This document shows, piece by piece, positions 37,433 through 46,077 of a DNA stretch of 64,000 bases (the first letter of the stretch is position 1; each line of letters starts with the position of its first letter). Source of the stretch: Bythopirellula sp. (GTDB taxonomy: Bacteria; Planctomycetota; Planctomycetia; Pirellulales; Lacipirellulaceae). Where the stretch lies: contig OZ244170.1 in the NCBI GenBank assembly GCA_965216565.1, forward strand, positions 1,664,001-1,728,000, written 5' to 3'. Both the position numbers and the translations under genes were made by a program. The notes beneath the pieces are model-generated. The model ran no database searches, was not told where the DNA came from, and saw only the letters and a list, made by a program, of their open reading frames with translations.

Positions 37433-39694
37433 ATGGGACGCATCAAAACTGGTGGAGGTTGGCCCGCAGTCAAGTACACGTTTCAAAAGGCTCGCGAGGC
37501 AGGTGGCCTTTGGAAATTGTGGAAGGCAATGCGCTCCAAGAATGCCTGCAAGACCTGCGCGCTGGGCATGGGTGGACAGCAAGGTGGCATGGTCAACGAA
37601 TCGGGACACTTCCCCGAAGTCTGCAAAAAATCGTTGCAAGCCATGGTCGCCGACATGCAGGGAGCTATCACCGCCGACTTCTGGGGCGAATACGTTCCCG
37701 AAAAACTTCGCGAGCTCTCCCCACGCGAATTGGAGAACTGTGGTCGCCTCATCCAACCCGTGCTTTATACACCCGAGACCAAGCGGTACCAGCCGATCTC
37801 CTGGGAGAACGCCTTTGATCGGATCGCAAACAAGCTGCGAGAACTTTCGGCGGACGAAACCTTTTGGTACTTCAGTGGACGCAGTAGCAACGAGGCCGGC
37901 TTTTTGCTGCAGATGTTTGCCCGCATTTATGGCACGAACAACGTCAACAATTGTAGCTACTACTGCCACCAGGCTAGTGGAGTAGGCCTGAGCAGCGTCA
38001 CCGGAAGCGGCACGGCAACCATCACGCTAGAAGACCTCGACGAAGCCGATCTGGTCTTCGTCATCGGTGGCAACCCCGCCAGCAATCATCCCCGCCTGAT
38101 GCGCACCCTCATGCAAGTGCGTCGGCGCGGTGGAGAGGTGATCGTCATCAACCCGCTGGTAGAAACTGGTCTGGTGAACTTCAGTGTGCCCAGTGACGTA
38201 CGCAGTCTGTTGTTCGGTTCCGAAATTGCCAGCCTCTATGTCCAGCCGCACATCGGGGGCGACCTGGCGTTGCTGACCGGCATCGCCAAGCGAATTGTTG
38301 AACTCGGCGAACACGACCAGTCGTTCCTCGAGAATTCCTGCGATGGCTGGCCGGAACTTGCTGCCGAGCTTGAATCGACTAGCTGGGAGCAGATCGTCGA
38401 AAAGAGTGGCGTGAGCCGCGAGCAGATCAACGAAATCGCCGCAAGGTATGCTCGCAGTAATAGTGCCGTGTTCAGTTGGACCATGGGCATTACACACCAC
38501 GCCCACGGCGTACAAAATGTTCAGGCGATTGCCAATTTGGCACTGCTCCGCGGCATGGTGGGCCGACAGGGTGCGGGGCTATTGCCGATCCGCGGTCACT
38601 CTAACGTCCAAGGGATCGGCTCCGTGGGAGTCACGCCAAAGCTCAAAGACGCCATCTTCGAGCGACTCCAGTCGCACTTCGATGTGAAGCTTCCCACCTC
38701 TGTTGGTCGAGACACCATGGAATGTATGCAAGGGGCTGAGGAAGGTTCGCTCAAGTTCGGACTCTGTTTGGGCGGCAACCTGTATGGGTCGAACCCTGAC
38801 TCTACCTACGCCGAAACCGCCTTGAAAAACCTCGACATGCTGGTGTACATGAGCACCACGCTCAACACGGGCCACGCCTTTGGACTAGCAAAGGAAACGA
38901 TCATTCTGCCAGTGCTGGCCCGTGACGAAGAACCGCAACCCACGACCCAAGAATCCATGTTCAATTACGTCCGCCTCAGCGACGGAGGACCCGAACGACT
39001 TCCCGGCCCTCGGAGCGAGGTGGAAGTCATCGCCTCCATCGCCCAGCGCACTCTCCCCAATGACGAACCCGCTTCAGCGGGCGCAGCCCCCCAGAACAAA
39101 ATCGACTGGAACGCCATGCGGCAAACAGGCCGCATCCGCGAGGCGATTGCCAAGATTGTGCCCGGCTACGAGAAAATCGAATCGATCGCCGAGTCGAAGG
39201 AAGAATTCCAAATCGGAGGACGCACGTTCCACCTACCCAAGTTCGCAACCGCCAGCGGCAACGCACAGCTCCACACGCACAAATTGCCTGAGCTACGCGG
39301 CCAGGCCGACGACGAATTGCGGGTCATGACAATCCGCAGCGAAGGTCAATTCAACACCGTGGTCTACGAAGAAAACGATCTCTATCGCAACGTCGATCGA
39401 CGCGACGTGATTCTGATTCATCCCGAAGACATGCAGCGGATGGGGCTCGACCCCTCGAAGCGGGTGACGATCACCGGACCAGCAGGCTCCATGGAAGGCA
39501 TTCGCCTGCACCCCTTCCACGAAATCCGCCCCGGTAACGCGGCCATGTATTACCCCGAGGCCAATGTGCTGGTGAGCCGCCAACTCGATCCCGCGAGCAA
39601 AACACCCGCATTCAAGGGAGTCGTGGTCACAGTAAGCCAGGCAGCGCAACAGTCGGTGCCGGACGAACAAACCGCATCACCCACGGCAGTTTAG
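37433..39694 (+). CDS. FdhF/YdeP family molybdopterin oxidoreductase
   Basis: GGGWPA, SGRSSNEAGFL, NCSYYCHQASG, IRGHSNVQG, TIRSEGQFNT and YYPEANVL motifs. Confidence 0.93.
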   Translation: MGRIKTGGGWPAVKYTFQKAREAGGLWKLWKAMRSKNACKTCALGMGGQQGGMVNESGHFPEVCKKSLQAMVADMQGAITADFWGEYVPEKLRELSPRELENCGRLIQPVLYTPETKRYQPISWENAFDRIANKLRELSADETFWYFSGRSSNEAGFLLQMFARIYGTNNVNNCSYYCHQASGVGLSSVTGSGTATITLEDLDEADLVFVIGGNPASNHPRLMRTLMQVRRRGGEVIVINPLVETGLVNFSVPSDVRSLLFGSEIASLYVQPHIGGDLALLTGIAKRIVELGEHDQSFLENSCDGWPELAAELESTSWEQIVEKSGVSREQINEIAARYARSNSAVFSWTMGITHHAHGVQNVQAIANLALLRGMVGRQGAGLLPIRGHSNVQGIGSVGVTPKLKDAIFERLQSHFDVKLPTSVGRDTMECMQGAEEGSLKFGLCLGGNLYGSNPDSTYAETALKNLDMLVYMSTTLNTGHAFGLAKETIILPVLARDEEPQPTTQESMFNYVRLSDGGPERLPGPRSEVEVIASIAQRTLPNDEPASAGAAPQNKIDWNAMRQTGRIREAIAKIVPGYEKIESIAESKEEFQIGGRTFHLPKFATASGNAQLHTHKLPELRGQADDELRVMTIRSEGQFNTVVYEENDLYRNVDRRDVILIHPEDMQRMGLDPSKRVTITGPAGSMEGIRLHPFHEIRPGNAAMYYPEANVLVSRQLDPASKTPAFKGVVVTVSQAAQQSVPDEQTASPTAV

Positions 39695-39827
39695 AAAAGT
39701 GCGTCGCCGAATGAGAATTCGAGACGGCCACGTGGTTTAGAACGACGAGGCGGGTAAAAAGAAACCGTCGTCGCAGGATGGTGCCGCCAGGCACATTCGA
39801 TATCGGAGGCTCACGAACGATAGAAAT

Positions 39828-39931
39828 CGGTGGGCCGCCGCTTCGCTTTGGTCCACCCTACAACCTTTGGCCCACCCTACAACCAGCCCCGACAGGGGCG
39901 ACAGTTAGTAGCCAGGGGCGCCAGCCCCTGG
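39828..39931. repeat. Cluster of two REP-like elements with a tandem duplication
   Basis: Minus-strand GTAGGGTGGACCAAAGCGAAGCGGCGGCCCACCG (39828-39861), near-tandem CTTTGG(T/C)CCACCCTACAACC (39846-39884), then AGCCCCGACAGGGGC...CCAGGGGCGCCAGCCCCTGG. Confidence 0.7.
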
Positions 39932-39945
39932 TTAAAAGATTAGGA

Positions 39946-39978
39946 CCCAGGGTAGATCGCATCGCGATCAACCCTGGG
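39946..39978 (-). terminator. Strong hairpin, likely an intrinsic terminator
   Basis: CCCAGGGT-a-GATCGC-atc-GCGATC-a-ACCCTGGG, followed on the minus strand by tcctaatctttt. Confidence 0.55.
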
Positions 39979-39980
39979 CA

Positions 39981-40167
39981 CTGGTATGTATCCTCTGCGA
40001 GAAATGCACTTGCCCACAGCGAAAAACACCTGGAACATCATTGCCTGCAAAACCGCATGGATGCGAGTACACCCCTCCCATCCCCATCGCCGGGAACTCC
40101 CTGCCGGCGAGACGCGTCCAAGTGGTGTGCGTCGAGGTGTCGACAAGTTCTCCCCTGAGACACCCAG
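39981..40167 (-). ncRNA. Candidate ~187-nt rod-shaped ncRNA (6S RNA-like)
   Basis: 5' and 3' halves pair in nested order along the whole length. A -10-like GACAAT lies immediately upstream and a terminator-like hairpin immediately downstream. Confidence 0.5.
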
Positions 40168-40375
40168 TATTGTCAGAATTTCCGTAAGAATCGACCCGCT
40201 ACAGACTTGTACTTTGCGGCACGGATCGGAAAATGCGGGTCAGACCATGTGGCAGTGTGATTCTAGCCACGACCTTCGATTATAATGACAGCTGGAACTA
40301 CAGGCCCCAAATCGGCGTCCGCCGTATCTGCTCAGACCCATCTAGATTTCTCTTTGATCTACCGAGAGTGAAACT

Positions 40376-41866
40376 ATGACACGAATATTCTACTCCTTGA
40401 TATTTGCTTGCACGATTCTTGCCGCTCCGTTGTGCTGCAGCACCTTTGCCGCGACCTCGGATCTTCCCGCCACTCTTGCCGGCGAGATTCCCGACGATTG
40501 GGAAGAGCAAATCGATGAAAAAACCGAATCGTTGCCGGAAGAAATTCGCGAAACAATGCGTGAGAAGCTGAAAGAAGCCGTCCGCCGCCAGCTAGAAAAG
40601 CAATCTTCAGAAAGTGAAGAGACAACCGAGGAATCGGAGGACGAATCCGAAAGCAAGGGATCTGAATCCAAGGAGAATGACGCCAAGGAAGAAGAGAAGA
40701 CTGAAAAGAAGGAGAAACCCAAGAAGGATCCGCTCTCAGAAGAATCTAAGAAACTGAAGGCTGAAATCGAACTCATCAGTACACGGTTTAAGCACCAGAT
40801 TGCCCTTTATGAGAAACAGATTGAAGCGCAGCGATTGCAAAATGAGAAATCGAAAATCGATTTGAAGTTGGAAGAAGAACGAATCGCACGGCAAGCCAAG
40901 ACCATGCAACGCGAACGGGATCGCATGAAGCTGGAGATCGAGCTCATCAAAGGCCGTTCCGCTCTGGAACAGGCTCAGCACTCTGCCGAGTTGGCAGCAG
41001 CCAAGGCGGAGAAAGAGCGGCTGGAAATGCAACTCTCGATGGAGAATACCAAGGAGAGCTTTGAAGATCGCATTCTCGGCGAAGAAAACTATCCTGATCA
41101 GCCGTTTCGAGATGGCGAACTAACCATCAGCTTACGCCGCATAGAGCTCAATGGTCCCATCTACCAGGGTACCGCAGACTATGTGTGTCAGAGGCTTCAC
41201 TATTACAACAATCAATCGTCGAAGCCCATCTTTCTTGTGATCGACAATTGCCCGGGCGGTTCGGCGATCGAGGGAATGCAAATTGTACAGGCGATTGAGA
41301 AGAGTAAGGCCCCCGTCCACGTGGTCGTAAAGCGATTCGCAGCCAGTATGGCAGCGATTATCACCACGCTGGCTGACCACTCTTACTGCTATCCCGATTC
41401 AATCATCCTCCATCACCAGGCGAGCAGCATGTTATACGGCACAGGCCGCGACATTGAGGATCAAGTTCGCCAATTCAAGGAAATCTCCGAACGACTCATC
41501 GGAGCCGTCGCCGAAAAAATTGGCATTTCCGAAGAGCAGTTTATCGATCAAATGTACGAGAATCGCGCCTCCGGCGACTGGGATTTGTTCGGCGACGACG
41601 CGGTTGAGAAAAAGTGGGTGGGTCACATTGCGACTACCATTCGCGAAGAAGGAATCCGCAAGCGTCCCACAGGCACACGAAAACCGCCAAGCTTACGTCT
41701 GATCCTGGGCGAGAACGAGCAGCAAGCGGCCGCCGGTTACTTGGAGCGTTACGAAGTAGCGCTGCCCGAGCAGACCGACGAAAAGGGCCAGCGGTTCATT
41801 CGTCTGCCACGGCTTAATCCGGTTGACGCCTGGCTAATCTACAACCCAGACAACTATTATCGTTAA
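40376..41866 (+). CDS. Exported ClpP-like (S14) peptidase with N-terminal coiled coil
   Basis: Signal peptide, long E/K-rich coiled coil, then IDNCPGGS, FAASMAA (Ser), ILHHQAS (His) and GDWD (Asp candidate). Confidence 0.85.
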   Translation: MTRIFYSLIFACTILAAPLCCSTFAATSDLPATLAGEIPDDWEEQIDEKTESLPEEIRETMREKLKEAVRRQLEKQSSESEETTEESEDESESKGSESKENDAKEEEKTEKKEKPKKDPLSEESKKLKAEIELISTRFKHQIALYEKQIEAQRLQNEKSKIDLKLEEERIARQAKTMQRERDRMKLEIELIKGRSALEQAQHSAELAAAKAEKERLEMQLSMENTKESFEDRILGEENYPDQPFRDGELTISLRRIELNGPIYQGTADYVCQRLHYYNNQSSKPIFLVIDNCPGGSAIEGMQIVQAIEKSKAPVHVVVKRFAASMAAIITTLADHSYCYPDSIILHHQASSMLYGTGRDIEDQVRQFKEISERLIGAVAEKIGISEEQFIDQMYENRASGDWDLFGDDAVEKKWVGHIATTIREEGIRKRPTGTRKPPSLRLILGENEQQAAAGYLERYEVALPEQTDEKGQRFIRLPRLNPVDAWLIYNPDNYYR

Positions 41867-41875
41867 AGTATGGGT

Positions 41876-42126
41876 TGGTTTCTCGCGGAGACGCAGAGAC
41901 GCTGAGGAGGGGCCTGGAACATACTTTGGGTGCCATGCCCACGTCGGTCTGCCTCCGTGGGCATGCATTATACGCATAGCATGCCCACGCAATTGTTGAA
42001 CTCAACTTCGCCACGACAATTAAGCAGTGGCGCGCGTGGGCATGGCACCCCGCATCAGACTATCCTGTTCATCCTGTCATCCTGTCTGAATATCTCCTCT
42101 GCGGCTCTGCGTCTCTGCGAGAACCA
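41876..42126. repeat. Nested REP-like palindromic element
   Basis: Outer IR TGGTTTCTCGCGGAGACGCAGAGACGCTGAGGAG / CTCCTCTGCGGCTCTGCGTCTCTGCGAGAACCA. Inner IR GGGTGCCATGCCCACG (41928-41943) / CGTGGGCATGGCACCC (42035-42050). ATCCTGT x3 at about 42062-42085. Confidence 0.8.
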
Positions 42127-42128
42127 GA

Positions 42129-44072
42129 CTACCCCGGAGTATCCAGATAGGGATCTTGTCCCATTTGACGCTGGACCTTCTGGCGTTCTTTCTCGTGGTA
42201 GAGCATGATCTTCCGATCGCGAAAGTGGCGTCGTTCGACGCGCCGCTGGGCTTTGTGGAACAAGTATTCAAGCCGATTTAGCGGCCCTGTGGCCCGTTCT
42301 CCTTGAGACTTGAGGCGCGCCGCTTTCTTTGGCCCCAACCCATACAGCAGAATTTCGTCGTCCAAGGCAAAAAACTGCCGGTACGTGCCGGGATCGCCCT
42401 GCCGCCCACACCTACCGATAAGTTGTCGATCGACTCGCTTGGCTTCGTGCAGTTCGCTACAAATCACGTGCAAGCCGCCGATCTCTTTCACCCCCTCGCC
42501 GAGCTTAATATCGGTACCACGACCCGCCATGTTGGTGGCAACGGTAACTTTGCCCAACTCACCCGCTTGGGCCACAATCTGTGCCTCTTGTTCTACATGC
42601 CTGGCATTGAGCACGACGGGTTGCAAACCGCGCTCAGCAAGCAGCCCAGCCAAGTGCTCGCTTTTGTCGATTGATCGCGTACCGATTAGTACAGGGCGAT
42701 TGAGTTGATGCTGCTCGTAAGCGTCTTCGACGATGGCGTCCCACTTTTTGTCGGCCGTTCCCAATACAACCGATGGCAGCTTCTTGCGAATGGGTGGTCG
42801 GTTGGTGGGGATTTCCGACACATTCACTTCGTAGATTTTGCTGAGTTCCTTGCGACTCGTTGATGCGGTACCAGTCATCCCCGCCAGACGCTGGTACCGG
42901 AGGAACATATCCTGAATGGTGATTCGCGCCGCCTGATTCGTGGCAAACGTTATTTCGACATCCTCTTGGGCCTCTACCGCCTGGTGAATGCCGGCCCGCC
43001 ACTTGCGGCCCTCGGCAAGTCGCCCTGTGAATTCGTCAACAATTACAATCTCACCGTCACGCACAACATAGTGGCGATCGAGAATCATCTCGCGCGCTAC
43101 TTTGATCGAACGCTGGATGTATTCGTAAATGGTCGAAAGCGGTAAGCGATCCATCGCGGAAGGTTTTTCAAGACCACGCACCAACTGACGTCCAGCCAAC
43201 GACAATTCGACCATACGGTCGTCGTGATCGTATTCGTAGTGCTCGTCCTCCACAAACTGCTCTTTGGCTACCGCAGCCCAGCGATACGCCTCGGCCGCAA
43301 TCTTTTCGTCCTCACCGGGCAGCGCACTGATAATGAGCGGCGTTCGCGCTTCGTCGATCAAAATACTATCGGCCTCGTCGACTAGCATGAAATGGAGTTC
43401 TCGCTGCACCGGCTCGTCACTCGTTCCGTTCGCCCCCGCGCCCATCATTTGCCCAAAGAGATCTTTGTTGCCCTCATTTTGTGAGCGAAGCAACAGGCGG
43501 TCGCGGAGGAAATCGAAACCCATTTCGTTGGCTGTGCCATACGAGACATCGCATTGATAGGCTTTGCGACGCTGCGGTTGCGGCTGTTGGCTTTGGATGA
43601 CTCCTACCGACATTCCCAAAGCCGAGTAGAGCGGGCCCATCAATTCGGCATCGCGAGCGGCCAGATAATCGTTGACCGTCGCCAAATGAGCTCCCTTACC
43701 ATCGAGGGCTGCCAAATACATCGGCAATGTGGCGGTCAAGGTTTTTCCTTCACCGGTCTGCATCTCAATGATCGAGCGATGGTGCATCACCGCACCGCCA
43801 AGAATCTGGACATCGAAGTGACGCATATTGAGAGTGCGACGCCCTGCTTCGCGGACTAAGGCAAACGCCTCGACCAGGAGCTTATCCAGCGTTTCGCCAC
43901 TACGTGCCCGGTACCGCAAACCTAGGCTAGTCTTGCGGAGGTCGTGTTCGGAAAGTTCTTTGTATTGCGATTCAAGTGCATTGACCGCCGAAACATAACC
44001 GGCGCAGCGTGCCACTCGGTCGCCGGAGACCGCACGCACATTTCGACCAAGTCCCGTTGGAATCCGAGTCAC
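42129..44072 (-). CDS. Truncated SecA paralog (NBD1-PPXD-NBD2, lacking C-terminal wing/Zn-finger)
   Basis: EMQTGEGKT, TVNDYLA, GFDFLRD, VDEADSILIDEARTPLIIS, ATNMAGRGTDI and QLIGRCGRQGDPG; only 647 aa. Confidence 0.9.
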   Translation of the reverse strand: MTRIPTGLGRNVRAVSGDRVARCAGYVSAVNALESQYKELSEHDLRKTSLGLRYRARSGETLDKLLVEAFALVREAGRRTLNMRHFDVQILGGAVMHHRSIIEMQTGEGKTLTATLPMYLAALDGKGAHLATVNDYLAARDAELMGPLYSALGMSVGVIQSQQPQPQRRKAYQCDVSYGTANEMGFDFLRDRLLLRSQNEGNKDLFGQMMGAGANGTSDEPVQRELHFMLVDEADSILIDEARTPLIISALPGEDEKIAAEAYRWAAVAKEQFVEDEHYEYDHDDRMVELSLAGRQLVRGLEKPSAMDRLPLSTIYEYIQRSIKVAREMILDRHYVVRDGEIVIVDEFTGRLAEGRKWRAGIHQAVEAQEDVEITFATNQAARITIQDMFLRYQRLAGMTGTASTSRKELSKIYEVNVSEIPTNRPPIRKKLPSVVLGTADKKWDAIVEDAYEQHQLNRPVLIGTRSIDKSEHLAGLLAERGLQPVVLNARHVEQEAQIVAQAGELGKVTVATNMAGRGTDIKLGEGVKEIGGLHVICSELHEAKRVDRQLIGRCGRQGDPGTYRQFFALDDEILLYGLGPKKAARLKSQGERATGPLNRLEYLFHKAQRRVERRHFRDRKIMLYHEKERQKVQRQMGQDPYLDTPG

Positions 44073-44209
44073 TGACTACTCTCGAAGAAGATTGCGCCAC
44101 ATTTCTGAAATCCCTCTCCGAGTGGAAAGGGAATTCTTCTAACAATCATAACCCGAAGGACGACAATCAGAGTAGCCCTGGATTATCGTGCGATGCAAAT
44201 GGCAGGACC

Positions 44210-45262
44210 CTATCGCAGATCATTTTGCTGACGCTGCAGGACAGTGACGGTAAACGAGGCGACCGAAGCCCCGCTGCCTAGCTGCACAAGCTCCATACGG
44301 CCATGCACTGCCACATAGTCGCCGTCGTTGAGTGCTCCCAGAACTTGAGGATTAGCAATCAAAACGGCACCGCCAAATTGGTCGCGCGAGGCATTGAGCG
44401 GAATGTATCGCAGCTGCCATTGGCCGGTGGTTGACGATCGTTCCAGCTTTCCACGAAGCCAACTGTACTGGGGATCGAAGCCAAAGCGGTCGGCAACCTC
44501 GCTGGGCTCAGCTGCTAGCGGCTCAGCAGATTGCTCTACAACTGGTCGCGACACCTTCTGCTGTTCGCGGGCTGTACGGCTGCTGCCCTGGGGACGAAAA
44601 CCATCGCTGCCGATGCGGCGAGTTCCTTCTCGGCCCAACGCCGAATCCGTTGAGACCTCACGTAAAAACACGGGCCGCTGTTCGGCTGCGGGGATTGGCT
44701 GCTGAATGAACTGCACTTGCGCAGCTTCCGGTTGTGGTTGGCTGTACTGCTGAGGCTGATTGAACTGCAACGTCGATGCATTAGTGTCTGGCACCACAGG
44801 CTGGTTGATCTGAGGCGTTGGTGTGATTGCGGCGGACTGCTGGGTTGGCGCGAAGCGCAATGCTCCGTTGTCCGGCGGCACCTGGACCGATTCGACGGGG
44901 CCCAAAGCTAAGTTTGCTCCGGCTTGCTGAATGCCGCTAGGCGTTGGCGTGACATTACTCACAGGTGGCGCACCCCAACCGCTCGGCGGCGCTGATGCGG
45001 GAGGATAAGTAGATGCCGGAGGGTATGCAGCAGGCGGTGCGATCGGTGCCGGGGCGGACGTCGGTGACGACCCTGGCAGAGGATCGCCAGGATAGTAAGG
45101 TGCGGCTGTGCCCGGTGCCGGTGTTCTGGTGGCAGGGGGCGGTACAACCGCCGGGGCCATAAAGGGATTGGCAACAGGCAGGGCTTGGCTACGACACCCA
45201 AGTTGAAGACTCAGACATCCGATCAACAAACACGCCATCGAGATACAATTTATGCACCGCAT
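44210..45262 (-). CDS. Pro/Gln-rich putative lipoprotein
   Basis: Likely ATG at 45262 after GGAAGGGAAG. Hydrophobic segment ending QLGC, long Pro-rich linker and a compact C-terminal domain (YSWLRGKLE...WQLRY...DQFGG). Confidence 0.7.
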   Translation of the reverse strand: MRCINCISMACLLIGCLSLQLGCRSQALPVANPFMAPAVVPPPATRTPAPGTAAPYYPGDPLPGSSPTSAPAPIAPPAAYPPASTYPPASAPPSGWGAPPVSNVTPTPSGIQQAGANLALGPVESVQVPPDNGALRFAPTQQSAAITPTPQINQPVVPDTNASTLQFNQPQQYSQPQPEAAQVQFIQQPIPAAEQRPVFLREVSTDSALGREGTRRIGSDGFRPQGSSRTAREQQKVSRPVVEQSAEPLAAEPSEVADRFGFDPQYSWLRGKLERSSTTGQWQLRYIPLNASRDQFGGAVLIANPQVLGALNDGDYVAVHGRMELVQLGSGASVASFTVTVLQRQQNDLR

Positions 45263-45473
45263 CGGTAGCTTCCCTTCCACCCTACGGACAGTATGCGAGA
45301 AATCTATCCGGATCCCTATTTCCCGCGCGAGCCCCTGATTCCAGAGAGAGGCGAATGATAGCGAACCGTCCGAGGGTGTCCAGACGAACTTGGCGGGATA
45401 AAGAAAAACGGCCCTGGTTGCTATCAACCAAGGCCGTCGTTTGCAATAAATGTTTTCTAGCTTGCCACAAGTG

Positions 45474-45914
45474 CTAGCGGTCGAGTTCGGCAAGTCGAGT
45501 CGTCACATAGGGATTCAGCACTAACAGCGGTGCGGGAGCAGCTGGTGTGGCTGTTACCTGGTCCTCAGGTTCTTCGCTCACAGTTTCGATGCTGGTCTTC
45601 ATATGCGGGTTGATGATCTCCAGTGGGGATGCCTCTGCGGCCAGCTCTGGAGTTGAGTATCCCGGTGGATACGCAAACGGGCTGTAGCCGTAAGTACGTG
45701 GCACGGGAGCACTGTAATAAACAGGTGGGAACGCAGCGTAGTACGGAACGTTGTCGGCGAGTACGCCATAGAGACGTCCCAGATCATACACACCAAATCC
45801 GCCATAACCGTAACCGCAATTGTTGCCGTATTGAGCTTTGGCTTCGGGGGCCGAATACAGGCAGCAAACGGCCGCCACGACGAGGGAAAGTACTAACCGA
45901 GTTTTCATCGCCAT
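45474..45914 (-). CDS. Secreted Tyr/Gly/Pro-rich hypothetical protein
   Basis: AGAGG RBS, signal peptide ending AKA, and VPYYAAFPPVYYSAPVPRTYGYSPFAYPP. Confidence 0.8.
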   Translation of the reverse strand: MAMKTRLVLSLVVAAVCCLYSAPEAKAQYGNNCGYGYGGFGVYDLGRLYGVLADNVPYYAAFPPVYYSAPVPRTYGYSPFAYPPGYSTPELAAEASPLEIINPHMKTSIETVSEEPEDQVTATPAAPAPLLVLNPYVTTRLAELDR

Positions 45915-46077
45915 CTACCTCTTTAAGAAAGTCCGTAGTCGCGGTCGCGACTAAGCCAGGAATGAATGCCTTCTATTAGTCCAGGCTAATTGGACCGTGG
46001 GCCCCTCGCAACAATTCTTCCGATAGAAACAGTTTTAACGCTATGAAAATAGGGGCAAAACAATTGGTGGAACGTAT

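Noticed and set aside
37433..39694. Selenocysteine recoding in the formate-dehydrogenase-like gene
   Set aside because: The frame is open with Cys at the CHQ site and has no in-frame TGA.
39778..40285. Short ORFs 39778-40158, 39940-40146 and 39986-40285 as a transposase remnant or type I toxin
   Set aside because: No HUH/DDE motif or convincing TM peptide with a properly spaced RBS. The region is better explained by repeats and RNA structure.
45263..45493. 77-aa N-terminal extension of ORF 44210-45493
   Set aside because: It overlaps the upstream gene, and a better start with RBS and signal peptide lies at 45262.
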